IMG/VR virus record: IMGVR_UViG_2599185230_000001
Span: 1-64,000 of that record
Length of the DNA stretch: 64,000 nucleotides
Strand: one strand, 5' to 3'
DNA from: a virus
Lineage: Duplodnaviria > Caudoviricetes
Shown here: in pieces, positions 27,422-37,302 of the stretch
How positions within the stretch are numbered: the first letter of the stretch is position 1
Layout: every line of letters begins with the position of its first letter
The notes under the pieces: generated by a model
Told to the model about the DNA's origin: nothing
Databases searched by the model: none
Seen by the model: only the letters and a program-made list of their open reading frames with translations
Translations under genes and position numbers: made by a program

Positions 27422-29021
27422 CGCCCATCAGCCTCCTGATAAATTCAAAAAGCAAAATATCTCTTGCCTTTAAATTTTCCGGATTAAAAATGTATTCCCT
27501 ATAACCTTCTGCAAAGTACTCTCTTAAACTCCGAGGATTAAAGAACCATTTTCCGCTTTTTTGATATATCAGCCCTAATTCTTCCAGCAGGCAGGATTGA
27601 TAAACACTTATAAATTTATTAATTTCCCTATGTTCCAAACGCAAGAATGGTTTTTGAAAGCCAACCTCTGTAACAAAATTGGCAAGGGTTATTTCTTCCA
27701 GCGGTATACCATTCTCCAAAACCTCAATAAATTCCTTCTTATGGTAAACCTGTAGGAAATCCTCTATGGCATGCCCGGTCTCATGTAAAACGTCTTCCAC
27801 CCCAACATCTTTAGTCAGCAAGTACATTTTACCCAGCCTGTCATAGCGGGACCAACCTTCAGTCCATCCTGTGGCAACCTGGACACCCATCGCTTTCAAA
27901 ATATCAATATGATTATCCGGCAGCTTTTCCAGCGCCTGGCTGATTACTTCCCTGTCCGCTGCATCATCATAATCAGGTGTCATGTTATATATAGGCAATC
28001 CCTTAACTTCAGCATCAGGCTGTCTATGTACCCGCTGAAACCAGCTTTCAATCCTGGCAGTTTCAACGCTCGGACCTTGTTGTTGCCAGCTTTTAAGTTT
28101 TTTCAAAAGCTCCTCCGGCTGCTCATGTACAGCAACAATGGTGCATAAACAATTTGGATGAGGATATTCCGGCTCGCTGCCCGGCGCATAAACACCATGC
28201 CCAAGACCTTCGTCATGATCGGCGTAAGCATCACAGATATCAGCTATCGGATGGGAACTGCTTAAAATCCATTTGACACCTTTGTAGCTGGGTGAATTAC
28301 GGCCTGATTCCACAACACCCTTCCAGTATGCCTTGCTGGTCTCCGCTCTGGCCAAACGCAGCGCCTCATATGAAATATCCTTGGGTATCCTGTTTTGCAG
28401 CCGTTTCATCATATCAGGATAGTCTTCCACCAGAGTTACGGCATCTTTCCGCACATACTGCTGCAGCAGTTTAGCTGTCTCAATCGCACTCTGGCCGGTT
28501 GCTACCGCCTCCTCCAGGATATTCTGGATCGCTTCCCGTGACTTTTCACCCTGCTGCCAAATCCGGTCGGATAGCTTCAGCCCTTTGGTGTGCTGGCGCC
28601 ACATGGCTTCAACTGCCCGATTATTGACCCGGTAGAAAGATGACCTAATATCATCATCAATCTTTACCCCGCCGCCCTCCAGAAGCTTTATGGTAATTCC
28701 GGATGAAATGCCTGCGCCGGCTTCCACTGCATCCTGAATATCCCGGCGCAAGGTGGAGTTTAACCCATCGCGCAGCTTATCCGCCTCACCCAGCAGCATT
28801 TGCTCCACGTTTCGCAAGTGGGACTTCTTAAACGGCGTCAAAGGATTAGCCTTAGCCGTATCCTTAACCCTGGCGGCCACCCTGTCCGCCAGGCGAATAT
28901 ACCTATTCCTTATCTCAGGGTCCTGGCGCTCCCGGATGGCAATATACTTTTTCCTGGCCTCCAGGGCAAACCTGGTATAGGCGCCGGAGACATCCTTGGT
29001 TTGGGTGATTTCATCAGCCAT
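27405..29021 (-). CDS. MuF head morphogenesis protein with C-terminal zincin domain
   Basis: LSDRIW; RLARAE; C...A; HPNCLC; then HETGH...REYFAE. Confidence 0.85.
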   Translation of the reverse strand: MADEITQTKDVSGAYTRFALEARKKYIAIRERQDPEIRNRYIRLADRVAARVKDTAKANPLTPFKKSHLRNVEQMLLGEADKLRDGLNSTLRRDIQDAVEAGAGISSGITIKLLEGGGVKIDDDIRSSFYRVNNRAVEAMWRQHTKGLKLSDRIWQQGEKSREAIQNILEEAVATGQSAIETAKLLQQYVRKDAVTLVEDYPDMMKRLQNRIPKDISYEALRLARAETSKAYWKGVVESGRNSPSYKGVKWILSSSHPIADICDAYADHDEGLGHGVYAPGSEPEYPHPNCLCTIVAVHEQPEELLKKLKSWQQQGPSVETARIESWFQRVHRQPDAEVKGLPIYNMTPDYDDAADREVISQALEKLPDNHIDILKAMGVQVATGWTEGWSRYDRLGKMYLLTKDVGVEDVLHETGHAIEDFLQVYHKKEFIEVLENGIPLEEITLANFVTEVGFQKPFLRLEHREINKFISVYQSCLLEELGLIYQKSGKWFFNPRSLREYFAEGYREYIFNPENLKARDILLFEFIRRLMGDAGEA

Positions 29022-30559
29022 TATTGATTACCACCGGCCAACTCCCTGTCGATCCGAGCTTTTTGCTCATCCAGGAACTGGCTGTCCTCCAGCCGCTGCC
29101 GCAGCAACCTAGTCTTCATAATCCGCTCCCGTTCCCCGGGCACTTCCGGATCATCGCTTATATAATCATTCATGGTATTAACAAACTGTTTCAAAAATTC
29201 AGTAGCAGCCTCATCACTCATAATCTCAGCTTCAAGAGCCGTCTTCAGGGCTTCAGTTACATTTTTCAGGATCTCAACCACTTCTTTTTCATCCCTGGGA
29301 TCAACCTCGTCCCACTCTAACACCGTGGCATAGGAGCCGGCCTTTTTATCACCGGCCAAGTCCGTCAAGGCCAGCACGATCCGGGCCAGCCGCTGCCAGC
29401 TCTCGGTAAACTGTTCCCGCTTCCGGGCAATCTTACGCACCAGAATGGGCATTTGCTCTTTAACCGAACTTAAAGAGCTGGGAGTATGCACTCCAAAAGC
29501 AAACTCAGGCGTTTCCGATGTGTCCACGATACAGTAGAATAGGAATTTCAAAAGCTCCGTGGTATCACCGATAGCACTTTTAACCTCAATGAATTCGGCA
29601 TCTTCATCTTCACTAAACAAAAAAAACTCATGACCATCCAAGCTGATGGTGCCGCCCTGGCTGGCAAAAGCATAAGGGTCGCTAATACCAAAATTGTTAC
29701 GCAGAAATCCGGCCAAGTCCTTTATCGTAAATTTCAACCTTGGCGTACTATGCATCTTGCTACCCTGCAGTGCATGCAGCAACACATCATGGTAAGCCTT
29801 TAAAAATGGCTCAATCGGCTCTAAGTCACTCTGACCGAATTCTTTAGTATCGTCACCTTCGTTTTTGAAGTGGACAATAGGGATAAAGCCCCAGGGGTTG
29901 TCTTCCTCTATATAAGACGCCAAGCCCGCCGGGATATCTCCTGATATCCCGATAACTCTTCTGGTGGCTGAAATCCTTTGCGTCACCAAGGCCCTTTTGG
30001 CATTATCAAGGTCATCAAGCCAATCGTAGGCCGCTTGGATCACATATTCTTTAACCTGGTTATTATTAAGCGGGTCCTTAATAATTTGCACTACTTGTTC
30101 AGGCGGCAGCATATTAAATATCAGCCTTACTTTTTGCTCGGGATAGAGAGCTTGCTCGTGATTTTCCTCCCTGGTGATCCAAACAAACCAGTCACCGTCC
30201 CGCATGGCATTGCGCTGCACCTGCATCATTCGCGAGGTGTTATTGCTGAAAAAATCATCCAGTACCTCCTGGGCCGTTTCGTCTTCAGACTTAAATCTCG
30301 GCACACCCATAAAGCCGGCAGTGGTATTGATTACACCTTTGGAAAAGCCGGCGCCAAGTTTATATTTATCGTCAGTATTGTCATACAGCGCCCTGGCCCG
30401 GGCATAATCAACCCGGCTGGAATCAAGCTTATAGGCTGAAAAATATGACCCGGTCCGCAGAGCCCAAAAGGAGGTAAAAACACTAAAAGCGTTACGCAGC
30501 TTGGAAATCTCACCGGCAGCCCTTTTGTACCATGCAGCTTTATTAACGGTTTTTCTCAT
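29021..30559 (-). CDS. Portal protein
   Basis: NPWGFIPIVHFKN...G.SDLE; follows terminase. Confidence 0.88.
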   Translation of the reverse strand: MRKTVNKAAWYKRAAGEISKLRNAFSVFTSFWALRTGSYFSAYKLDSSRVDYARARALYDNTDDKYKLGAGFSKGVINTTAGFMGVPRFKSEDETAQEVLDDFFSNNTSRMMQVQRNAMRDGDWFVWITREENHEQALYPEQKVRLIFNMLPPEQVVQIIKDPLNNNQVKEYVIQAAYDWLDDLDNAKRALVTQRISATRRVIGISGDIPAGLASYIEEDNPWGFIPIVHFKNEGDDTKEFGQSDLEPIEPFLKAYHDVLLHALQGSKMHSTPRLKFTIKDLAGFLRNNFGISDPYAFASQGGTISLDGHEFFLFSEDEDAEFIEVKSAIGDTTELLKFLFYCIVDTSETPEFAFGVHTPSSLSSVKEQMPILVRKIARKREQFTESWQRLARIVLALTDLAGDKKAGSYATVLEWDEVDPRDEKEVVEILKNVTEALKTALEAEIMSDEAATEFLKQFVNTMNDYISDDPEVPGERERIMKTRLLRQRLEDSQFLDEQKARIDRELAGGNQ

Positions 30560-30565
30560 TTAAGC

Positions 30566-32305
30566 TCACCTATATATCCGAAGTTTTTTAAGCACATCCA
30601 AAAGACTTTGGTCAACCTGCTGCTTAGTCCTTGCCAAAGTGCGGCAGGCTTCCAGAGCGTCAGGGCCGTCGTCATTCGACGCCATGGGAAAGAACTTCAA
30701 TTGTTCTAAAAGTCGCTTATGCCTGGCATTAAATTTGATGTAGCGGTTCTTGATATCAGGCTGCAAAGTTTGAATGCGGCCATATTTATCACCTGTTTGA
30801 TTAATCTCTTCAATAGGCAGATAAATACCTTCCTCAGCACTGCGCCGAGCCAATACTTCCTTTAGGTACCACTGAAACTGGTTGGTCTCACAACCGAACA
30901 AGGTATAACCACGACCATATGTTAGCTTCAGCCAGCGTTCCTTTTCCAGAATATCCTCAATTATTTGATCCGGATGACGTCGCTCAATATCGGCATCCAG
31001 GTCATACAAATATCCTGTCTGAATATCCCTGGCCAATGTAATAATACAGGAAAAGTCGCTTTTTTTCTTCTTGCCTTTGCCCCCCAGGGAGGGGTCCACA
31101 AAACCAAAGAAACGGTACCGTTTTTCCCTAAAATCAATAGCGGCTTCATTGTAGTATTCAAACCATTCTTCTTGAAACAAACAATCATCCTGGTTGATCG
31201 GCTCGTTCTGATACTCACTGTTGAATGATGCTTCACCTTCAGTTACTTTGTCCACCATCAACTTATAATAAGAATTCTTGTCTTCCCAAAGCACCTTGGT
31301 TCCTTGAAGCATCTTATCACGGTTGGACATAAAAAAGGACCGTGCGTCTTCTTCATGGTTCTCATTGGAAAGATCAATATAAATCTCTTCCCATTGATCC
31401 CAAAGGTCTTGCCGTTGGGCGAAAGAAAGAACAGCTTTATACTTAACGGTCCTGTATCCCGGGTTATTTAATATCTTAGCCAACAAGCTGTCATAATGAA
31501 GTAAGGTACCTATATAAATAAAATCTGTGTAACTGTCGCCGGCCTTGCTTACCGCTTTGAAATACCAATTGTTCAGCTTTTTTCTTTGTTCAGGTGTATT
31601 GACGTTTTCATCATTCTCAATATCATCAAGAACAATTAAATCAGGACGCCAGTTACGATGTTTCCGGCCCCTGATTTTTTTCCCTGAACCTATAGCCTCA
31701 ACCTTGATATCAGCGGAGGTGAGTAATACGTTATTACGCCAAACCTTTCCCACCAGGTCGCCAAAGTCTTCACGAATGGCCTCGTTTTCCTCCAGCTCCT
31801 CCCGGATGCTTTCAAGGAAGCCCTCAGCTTGCTCAGAGGAATCGGAGATAATCACAATGTAGTGTTTATATTCGTAAAGAACTGCATGGGTGGTATCTTT
31901 AAATGTAACGTTTGTGGACTTGGCGTGCCCACGTGGTGCCGCAATTGCGCGTTTGCATCCCGGCAGTTTGCTTATTTTTTTGCCAATATTTTTGAGAATA
32001 GCAGACTGGTTTTTTAAAACACCATCTTGCCATATGGCATCCAGTTCCCTGTGAAAATCAGGAGTTTGGCGGCTGAAGTAGTGGGGGAAATATGCTTTCC
32101 CGAAATACTCCAGATCGATAGCCCCAAGCTTTTTTCTTATCCCGTGTTTGCCGGTCAGGGGCTTTCCATCCCGGTAGTCTTGCAAAAGCTTCAAACGCTC
32201 GGGCGAAGAGTCCCTCTGCAGGTATTTCTCCATGAGCATTTTTAGCTCTTCCACCCCCTGGTGCACTTCCAGGTTTCGTTCCCTGATGTCTTTTAAAATG
32301 CTCAC
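30566..32305 (-). CDS. terL: Terminase large subunit
   Basis: APRGHAKST; RPDLIVLDDIE; VDPSLG; DDGPDALE; GTG start at 32305 after GGAGG. Confidence 0.95.
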   Translation of the reverse strand: MSILKDIRERNLEVHQGVEELKMLMEKYLQRDSSPERLKLLQDYRDGKPLTGKHGIRKKLGAIDLEYFGKAYFPHYFSRQTPDFHRELDAIWQDGVLKNQSAILKNIGKKISKLPGCKRAIAAPRGHAKSTNVTFKDTTHAVLYEYKHYIVIISDSSEQAEGFLESIREELEENEAIREDFGDLVGKVWRNNVLLTSADIKVEAIGSGKKIRGRKHRNWRPDLIVLDDIENDENVNTPEQRKKLNNWYFKAVSKAGDSYTDFIYIGTLLHYDSLLAKILNNPGYRTVKYKAVLSFAQRQDLWDQWEEIYIDLSNENHEEDARSFFMSNRDKMLQGTKVLWEDKNSYYKLMVDKVTEGEASFNSEYQNEPINQDDCLFQEEWFEYYNEAAIDFREKRYRFFGFVDPSLGGKGKKKKSDFSCIITLARDIQTGYLYDLDADIERRHPDQIIEDILEKERWLKLTYGRGYTLFGCETNQFQWYLKEVLARRSAEEGIYLPIEEINQTGDKYGRIQTLQPDIKNRYIKFNARHKRLLEQLKFFPMASNDDGPDALEACRTLARTKQQVDQSLLDVLKKLRIYR

Positions 32306-32423
32306 TTGACCACCTCCATCCCCGGGCATAGCTTCGCCATCCAACACTTTCCTTCAAAGTGCAGCACTTTACTTCGTTTGTTCTCGTAGCGCCACGTCAC
32401 CGCCGAAACAGGTGCCGCTTTAC
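32306..32423 (-). promoter_or_regulatory. Structured RNA between the NusG paralog and terL
   Basis: CACC-U-GU-UUCG-GC-GGUG hairpin; AAAGUG/CACUUU/AAAGUG alternative pairing; AUGGC-GAA-GCUAU hairpin. Confidence 0.6.
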
Positions 32424-32918
32424 TTACGATGCCTGAATAAACTCAATCCCGAGGTTAACCTCCATTTCTTTCTGAAAGAGCGTTAACCTGACCTTTGCTC
32501 TTCTTTTGCGCTTATCAATCTTTACAATATAGCCTTCCATGCCCGTAAGCGGGCCGTTAATAACTTTAATTGATTCGCCGATTTCCAGGGTGGACAATCC
32601 AACCAATTCATCATCCTTACACAACCACAAAACATTAGCCATTTGATCATCAGGCACTGGAATGGGTCTGTGGTGAGCTAAAAAATTGATGACACCTGCT
32701 ATTCGCCTGGCCGCATAATAATTCTTTTCATCCAGATCCATTTGCACAAAAACATACGATGGGAAAAGAATTCTGACGACTTCCCTAAAAGTACCCTTGT
32801 GTCGTTCAATAACTTTTTGCCTGGGCGCCAGGGCATTTATGCCGGGTAGATCCAGAAGCAGCTTCTCCTTGATAGTGGTTTCTTCCCCAGTCATGACGTG
32901 GAGCACATACCATTTCAT
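32424..32918 (-). CDS. NusG paralog, LoaP-like antiterminator
   Basis: NGN: WYVLHV.TG.E, LFPSYVFV; KOW: GPL.G.EG.IVKIDKRKRRAKV. Confidence 0.9.
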   Translation of the reverse strand: MKWYVLHVMTGEETTIKEKLLLDLPGINALAPRQKVIERHKGTFREVVRILFPSYVFVQMDLDEKNYYAARRIAGVINFLAHHRPIPVPDDQMANVLWLCKDDELVGLSTLEIGESIKVINGPLTGMEGYIVKIDKRKRRAKVRLTLFQKEMEVNLGIEFIQAS

Positions 32919-33484
32919 GATTCTTCAGCTTCCAATCTTTCAGCCACTCTGTTGGCTACCTGGATCAGCCTTTCACACAATTCAGGCTCCACTCCTTCAA
33001 GCTCTGCATAAACTTCCTTCTTAAATTCCGCCAGGGCAATTTTAGCTTCCTGAGCCAGGTCGGCCCTAATTCTATCCTTATAAACCTTAGTCCTCGACAG
33101 AGCCACCATTACCCGGGCCGCCTTATCCAGGGGCATCTCATCCCATTCCTCTTGGGCCTGGGCCAACTTCTTGGTTAGCTCACCGCTCATGATCTGCAGC
33201 GCCCCTTCGGTATAGTCGGCATCGGGATTTTTCTTAATTGCCTCAATCAACATCCTGGTTTGTTCCTGGGCCTCCAGCAGCCTTTGGGTAGCGTGATTGG
33301 TTCGCAGCGCATATCTGCCGATAGCGCTTTTGGAGATGTCATACCCTTCGGACTTTAGGTGCTCGGATATATCATTGTACGTATTATTGGTATCCAGAAG
33401 CATAGCCTCAACTTTTAATTTCAGCTCTTCCGGCAGCTCATCCACTTTAGACCTTGTTCTTGTCCGTTGCCTTTGCTCACCCAC
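32915..33484 (-). CDS. Mu gp27-like (DUF3486) putative terminase small subunit
   Basis: R.RSKVD.LP...Y..I...L...GY.ISKSA.GRY. Confidence 0.85.
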   Translation of the reverse strand: MGEQRQRTRTRSKVDELPEELKLKVEAMLLDTNNTYNDISEHLKSEGYDISKSAIGRYALRTNHATQRLLEAQEQTRMLIEAIKKNPDADYTEGALQIMSGELTKKLAQAQEEWDEMPLDKAARVMVALSRTKVYKDRIRADLAQEAKIALAEFKKEVYAELEGVEPELCERLIQVANRVAERLEAEES

Positions 33485-33798
33485 TAGATGTCAACTCCCG
33501 GATCATCTTTGTGGCCCTCAACCAGTAATTCTCCCTCCGGGGTTAGCCTGATCATGGCATCGTTTAAATAAGCAGTGTAAGAGGTCACCTTATCGTTGGT
33601 GTACTCAATATAGCCCCTTTTCTCCAGATAGTTTAAATACACAGAAATGTCGGGGGAGATAATTATTCCATCCCTTAGCATGACATTTACCAATTGGCGA
33701 CATAGCAGGCTATTGTTATGTCCTTTTACAAGTGACCGGATAATATAGCCTCTAACTGCGGCGTTCTTAGCAGCCATCTGCTGTCCGCCTTCAATCAC
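33484..33798 (-). CDS. Mu gp26-like winged-helix protein
   Basis: L.YL...GYI...LT..G..LVEG...DPGV; start uncertain. Confidence 0.7.
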   Translation of the reverse strand: MIEGGQQMAAKNAAVRGYIIRSLVKGHNNSLLCRQLVNVMLRDGIIISPDISVYLNYLEKRGYIEYTNDKVTSYTAYLNDAMIRLTPEGELLVEGHKDDPGVDI

Positions 33799-34087
33799 GC
33801 CTACCACCCCTTTCAATTGTTAGATATTCCAGCAGCTTATCCAGCTTTTTATCCATACCGGTTATTTTCCGGTCAACCGCATTCATGGCAGCTGCATGAT
33901 CTTCCCTGGTGGTATAGATAAAAGGCAGGTCACTTTTTAGGTTATTTAATTTATCCTCCACATCCTGAACCCGATTCTCGTTCTCCTTCATTCTGATTTT
34001 CAGGTCATTCATAGTGGTTTTTAAAAAATAACCAATTATGCCTATTCCAATCATTGTGGCCGTTTGCATCATCCAGCCAAAGTCCAT
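33791..34087 (-). CDS. Membrane-anchored coiled-coil phage protein (Mu gp25 position)
   Basis: N-terminal TM helix, LP..Y..RED motif. Confidence 0.65.
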   Translation of the reverse strand: MDFGWMMQTATMIGIGIIGYFLKTTMNDLKIRMKENENRVQDVEDKLNNLKSDLPFIYTTREDHAAAMNAVDRKITGMDKKLDKLLEYLTIERGGRRD

Positions 34088-34513
34088 TTAGATAGCACCT
34101 TCCTTGATTTCCAGCACCTTGGCTTCAATGGTGTTCCTAATGTATGCGTCAACGTCGCCCAGGGTAGCTTTCAAAGCATTTACATACTCAGGCTCCATAG
34201 TCTTCTTAATTTCATTAAATGCAACTTTTGATAGTTCGATCAAATCTTCCTTACTCTTGACGCCGTCTTTAACAGCCTGCCGCATCTCCTTAGCCACGGT
34301 TTGTTCAATTTTCTTAACAGTCTTTTCAGCTACATCATCCAGTCTAAAAATAGCATCATGGATGAGCCCGCGCTCTTCTTCGCTATCGATTTTGTTGGTC
34401 TCGGCAACCAATTTATCTGTCATTTTTTTAATGCCATAGATAGCGATCGAAGCAAGTAAAGTTAATACTGCCAAAGACAAATTGTACAAAAAATCCTGCA
34501 CTAACCCTTCCAC
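34088..34513 (-). CDS. Holin-like protein (LL-H type)
   Basis: N-terminal TM; V..IEQ; IEAKV.E.K. Confidence 0.6.
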   Translation of the reverse strand: MEGLVQDFLYNLSLAVLTLLASIAIYGIKKMTDKLVAETNKIDSEEERGLIHDAIFRLDDVAEKTVKKIEQTVAKEMRQAVKDGVKSKEDLIELSKVAFNEIKKTMEPEYVNALKATLGDVDAYIRNTIEAKVLEIKEGAI

Positions 34514-34540
34514 TATGGTCCACCTCCTTTCTTTATAAAA

Positions 34541-34579
34541 TAAAAAAATACCGGCAAGGCTTTTGCCTATACCGGTATT
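34541..34579 (-). terminator. Terminator after mor, overlapping a candidate late -10 (TAGAAT)
   Basis: AAUACCGGUA-U-AGGC-AAAA-GCCU-UGCCGGUAUU-UUUUU. Confidence 0.75.
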
Positions 34580-34631
34580 CTACTAATTTTGGCCGTAAGT
34601 TTATATTCCAAGCACTTCTAAGAATTAACTC

Positions 34632-34973
34632 TTATGAAGCATCTTGTTCATCTAAACCAAACCCGAAATCCAAGAGAGTTAATTGACCGTCATTAGCTGG
34701 ACCACATATTTCAACTATCCAGCGCTCACTTAAATTATATTTTTTGGCAAGTTCGGCATGATTATAACCATTAAACTCCTTTTTAATGTTAATATCCCTG
34801 GCCGGCCTTAAAAATGTATCTGCTTTTGGTATATAAATCGTTTTACCACCTAATATCTTAGCCAGCTTAATAAAATTCTCAATTCCGATTATCTCAGCCA
34901 GCTCTCTATAAGAATCAGGAATCATATCCAGAGTCAGATCATTTATCCAACTTTCTAGCACCAACAGGATCAC
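34632..34973 (-). CDS. Mor/C-family transcription activator
   Basis: IG.E...KL....GG..IYIPK...RD..I..EFNG.N..ELAKKYNLSER. Confidence 0.9.
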   Translation of the reverse strand: MILLVLESWINDLTLDMIPDSYRELAEIIGIENFIKLAKILGGKTIYIPKADTFLRPARDINIKKEFNGYNHAELAKKYNLSERWIVEICGPANDGQLTLLDFGFGLDEQDAS

Positions 34974-35027
34974 CCCCTATTATATGCCGAAAAAGGTTTA
35001 AAGGAAATGCCTTGTTTTTAATTGACA

Positions 35028-35840
35028 CTATTTCTGCGTACTAACCCCAACTTTATTCAGCACATACTCAATGGTACGTCGCATAAATACTGCACTTTCC
35101 GCTCTTGTAGTTGGCTTATCAGGATAAAATTTATTATCTTTATAACCTGAAACAAGTCCTTCTTTAGCTAACCACTCAATGTCACCAGCGGCATAGTGTC
35201 CTATAATATCCTTGAACATTGACAAAATCTCCTCCTTAAATTTTGTGTTCCACCATCCTTCATTTCCGTAAGACTCGTTAAAATCCACATTAATTCCCGC
35301 TAAAGCTTGATCGTTTTTATATTGATATATGTTTACATATTGGCTTTTTTTGCCCTGTGACCAAGCGTAAGTTTGCCAAAAGTTATTAACTACACCACGT
35401 CTGGCCATCTCCTCAACCACGTTAAATGAGCCATAAACACCAATATTATAATCAACTAAAACGCTGGCAGCTGCACCTAGATATTGTTCAATTACTGAAT
35501 AGTCTTTTGGTTGAGCATCATAATCCACTGCAAAATAAATAACTGTGCCTTTGGGCTGACCAATCTCCAAGGCCTCTTTGAGTGCTAGTGCCCCGTCAGC
35601 TTTTCCAGCGGCTGCACCACCAGTAGACCGGTTTGCTGATGTTTCAAACACGCTTATTATATTTAATCCGGCAGTGGTAATAGCTTCAGCCTCCTGTTTA
35701 GTAAGACGCTTCCATGCCATTGACGGAGTATTAGGCACTAAATAACGGCAAATAAACTTCATCCCGGTGGCTGCTATTGTCTTTGCTGTTTCAACAGTTA
35801 GCGGCGTGGCGCAATCAATACCTTTCATATTATTATTCAC
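35028..35840 (-). CDS. Endolysin: DUF1906 glycoside hydrolase plus SLH domain
   Basis: G.D; RYL; IYFAVDYD; GVYG; WQT.AWS; F.DI.GH.A...G.VSGY.D..F.PD...TRAE. Confidence 0.85.
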   Translation of the reverse strand: MNNNMKGIDCATPLTVETAKTIAATGMKFICRYLVPNTPSMAWKRLTKQEAEAITTAGLNIISVFETSANRSTGGAAAGKADGALALKEALEIGQPKGTVIYFAVDYDAQPKDYSVIEQYLGAAASVLVDYNIGVYGSFNVVEEMARRGVVNNFWQTYAWSQGKKSQYVNIYQYKNDQALAGINVDFNESYGNEGWWNTKFKEEILSMFKDIIGHYAAGDIEWLAKEGLVSGYKDNKFYPDKPTTRAESAVFMRRTIEYVLNKVGVSTQK

Positions 35841-36246
35841 CGTCCTTTTTCTCTCTTATTAATTCAATGGAGCTATTGTTCTTGATTAAATGGCTTTTTA
35901 ATGACCTAAACGATGACCAATATGGTAGATAGTAAGTATATTTAGCTTCAGGATCTTGAAGACCGCGCAAACGCTTTGATATTTTTTTCATTGCAGCCTT
36001 ATGTTTTTGATTATAAACTGATTTTTTCACTGGGCAACAAAAGCGCCGCCTCTCTTCGCAATCATCCAATAACCATTTATACTCAAATATACCATTTACA
36101 TATACTATTATCCCATTCTTCATTTGACTGAGTCTTTTCAAAACAAGTGCAACCTTATACCCATCACATTTCAGCTCAACGTGACTAAATATAGATTGCA
36201 ATTGTTGTTCAACTTCTTTCCAATCTTCATTAGTCAATTTAACCAC
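35833..36246 (-). CDS. Hypothetical phage protein
   Basis: ORF in middle operon with SD. Confidence 0.7.
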   Translation of the reverse strand: MVKLTNEDWKEVEQQLQSIFSHVELKCDGYKVALVLKRLSQMKNGIIVYVNGIFEYKWLLDDCEERRRFCCPVKKSVYNQKHKAAMKKISKRLRGLQDPEAKYTYYLPYWSSFRSLKSHLIKNNSSIELIREKKDGE

Positions 36247-36254
36247 ATCCTTAT

Positions 36255-36671
36255 TTACTTGAACTGGTTAATTCCAATCAACTCTCTTACGGGAACTCCT
36301 GCTTTCTTCAGAGGAAACCACACATCATAGTAAAACATGTGTCTAAAGTATCCCCTGGCATAACGTATACTTCCGTCGCCATAGTCACTAAAATTTTCCG
36401 GCCTTCTAATGTCTAACGGGTTACCCTGGAACAGAGCAAGTTTTATGCAAAAAGCAAAAGTGTGACCGGTTCCGCGCCCCTCGATGTAACATTTTCCGTC
36501 ATGGTTATGACTCAACCTGGCACCCTCAAAATTTCCACTACCGAAAACTACACACGGGCATATATATAATGGATAATCCTTTCCATGAAAAATGAAGTCA
36601 ACTTGCCATGGATAGAGTTTCACACCAAGGGCACGTTCTATTAATTCCAGCGGTACCATTTGTTCGCGCAT
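36255..36671 (-). CDS. Hypothetical phage protein
   Basis: ORF in operon with SD. Confidence 0.65.
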   Translation of the reverse strand: MREQMVPLELIERALGVKLYPWQVDFIFHGKDYPLYICPCVVFGSGNFEGARLSHNHDGKCYIEGRGTGHTFAFCIKLALFQGNPLDIRRPENFSDYGDGSIRYARGYFRHMFYYDVWFPLKKAGVPVRELIGINQFK

Positions 36672-36713
36672 AATTCACGTCCCTTTTTTAAATGTTTTTG
36701 GTTGAAATGTTCA

Positions 36714-37241
36714 CTAAGCCGCTTCCTTCTGCAATTCCTCCCGCAACACATCTGCCAACCTGGGCAGTAACTTTTGCCCAAACGCCTTGATGTCGGAAGG
36801 ATAATCGTAGCAGGCAAATTCGTGGGCTTCATCAATTTTCGTCTCGTCGTGCCAGCGAGTGAAATCTATTACCGATATAAAATTATGTTCATATTCCTTT
36901 ATCAGGTCCCATTCTTCTCTGGCAAATTCCTTTGAGTAAGAACCGTCGCGGCGGTAGTACAGGATATGTTCTTTAATTGACTTAATGGTGTTTTCTCCAT
37001 CAAACTCCTTTTCTTGTCCTTGAAAAAGCTTTTTAATGTAATACTCGTTATCTGAACCATGTTTAATGTCGATGAAAAATTCCCGGAAGTCCTTACAGCC
37101 GTGATGTGTCCACTTAAAGGCATAATTGCCATAATCGGTTACTGCCGCAAACATCCCAGTGGAGTCTAGGAGGAATATTCCCCAACCTTCGATGCTGTCA
37201 ATAGGTGGCAGTGAATATCGCCAGAACTTAATATCGCTCAA
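36714..37241 (-). CDS. Hypothetical phage protein
   Basis: AAGGAGG SD; D.G.Y.F.W motif. Confidence 0.7.
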   Translation of the reverse strand: MSDIKFWRYSLPPIDSIEGWGIFLLDSTGMFAAVTDYGNYAFKWTHHGCKDFREFFIDIKHGSDNEYYIKKLFQGQEKEFDGENTIKSIKEHILYYRRDGSYSKEFAREEWDLIKEYEHNFISVIDFTRWHDETKIDEAHEFACYDYPSDIKAFGQKLLPRLADVLREELQKEAA

Positions 37242-37302
37242 ATCTTAATCCTCCTTTGTTTCACACTTTTTAGCTCCTGCCGTTCCCTGGTTGTACTGTG
37301 AA

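Noticed and set aside
32306-32347. ORF-track start of terL at 32347
   Set aside because: The SD supports GTG at 32305; the extra segment is part of the structured spacer.
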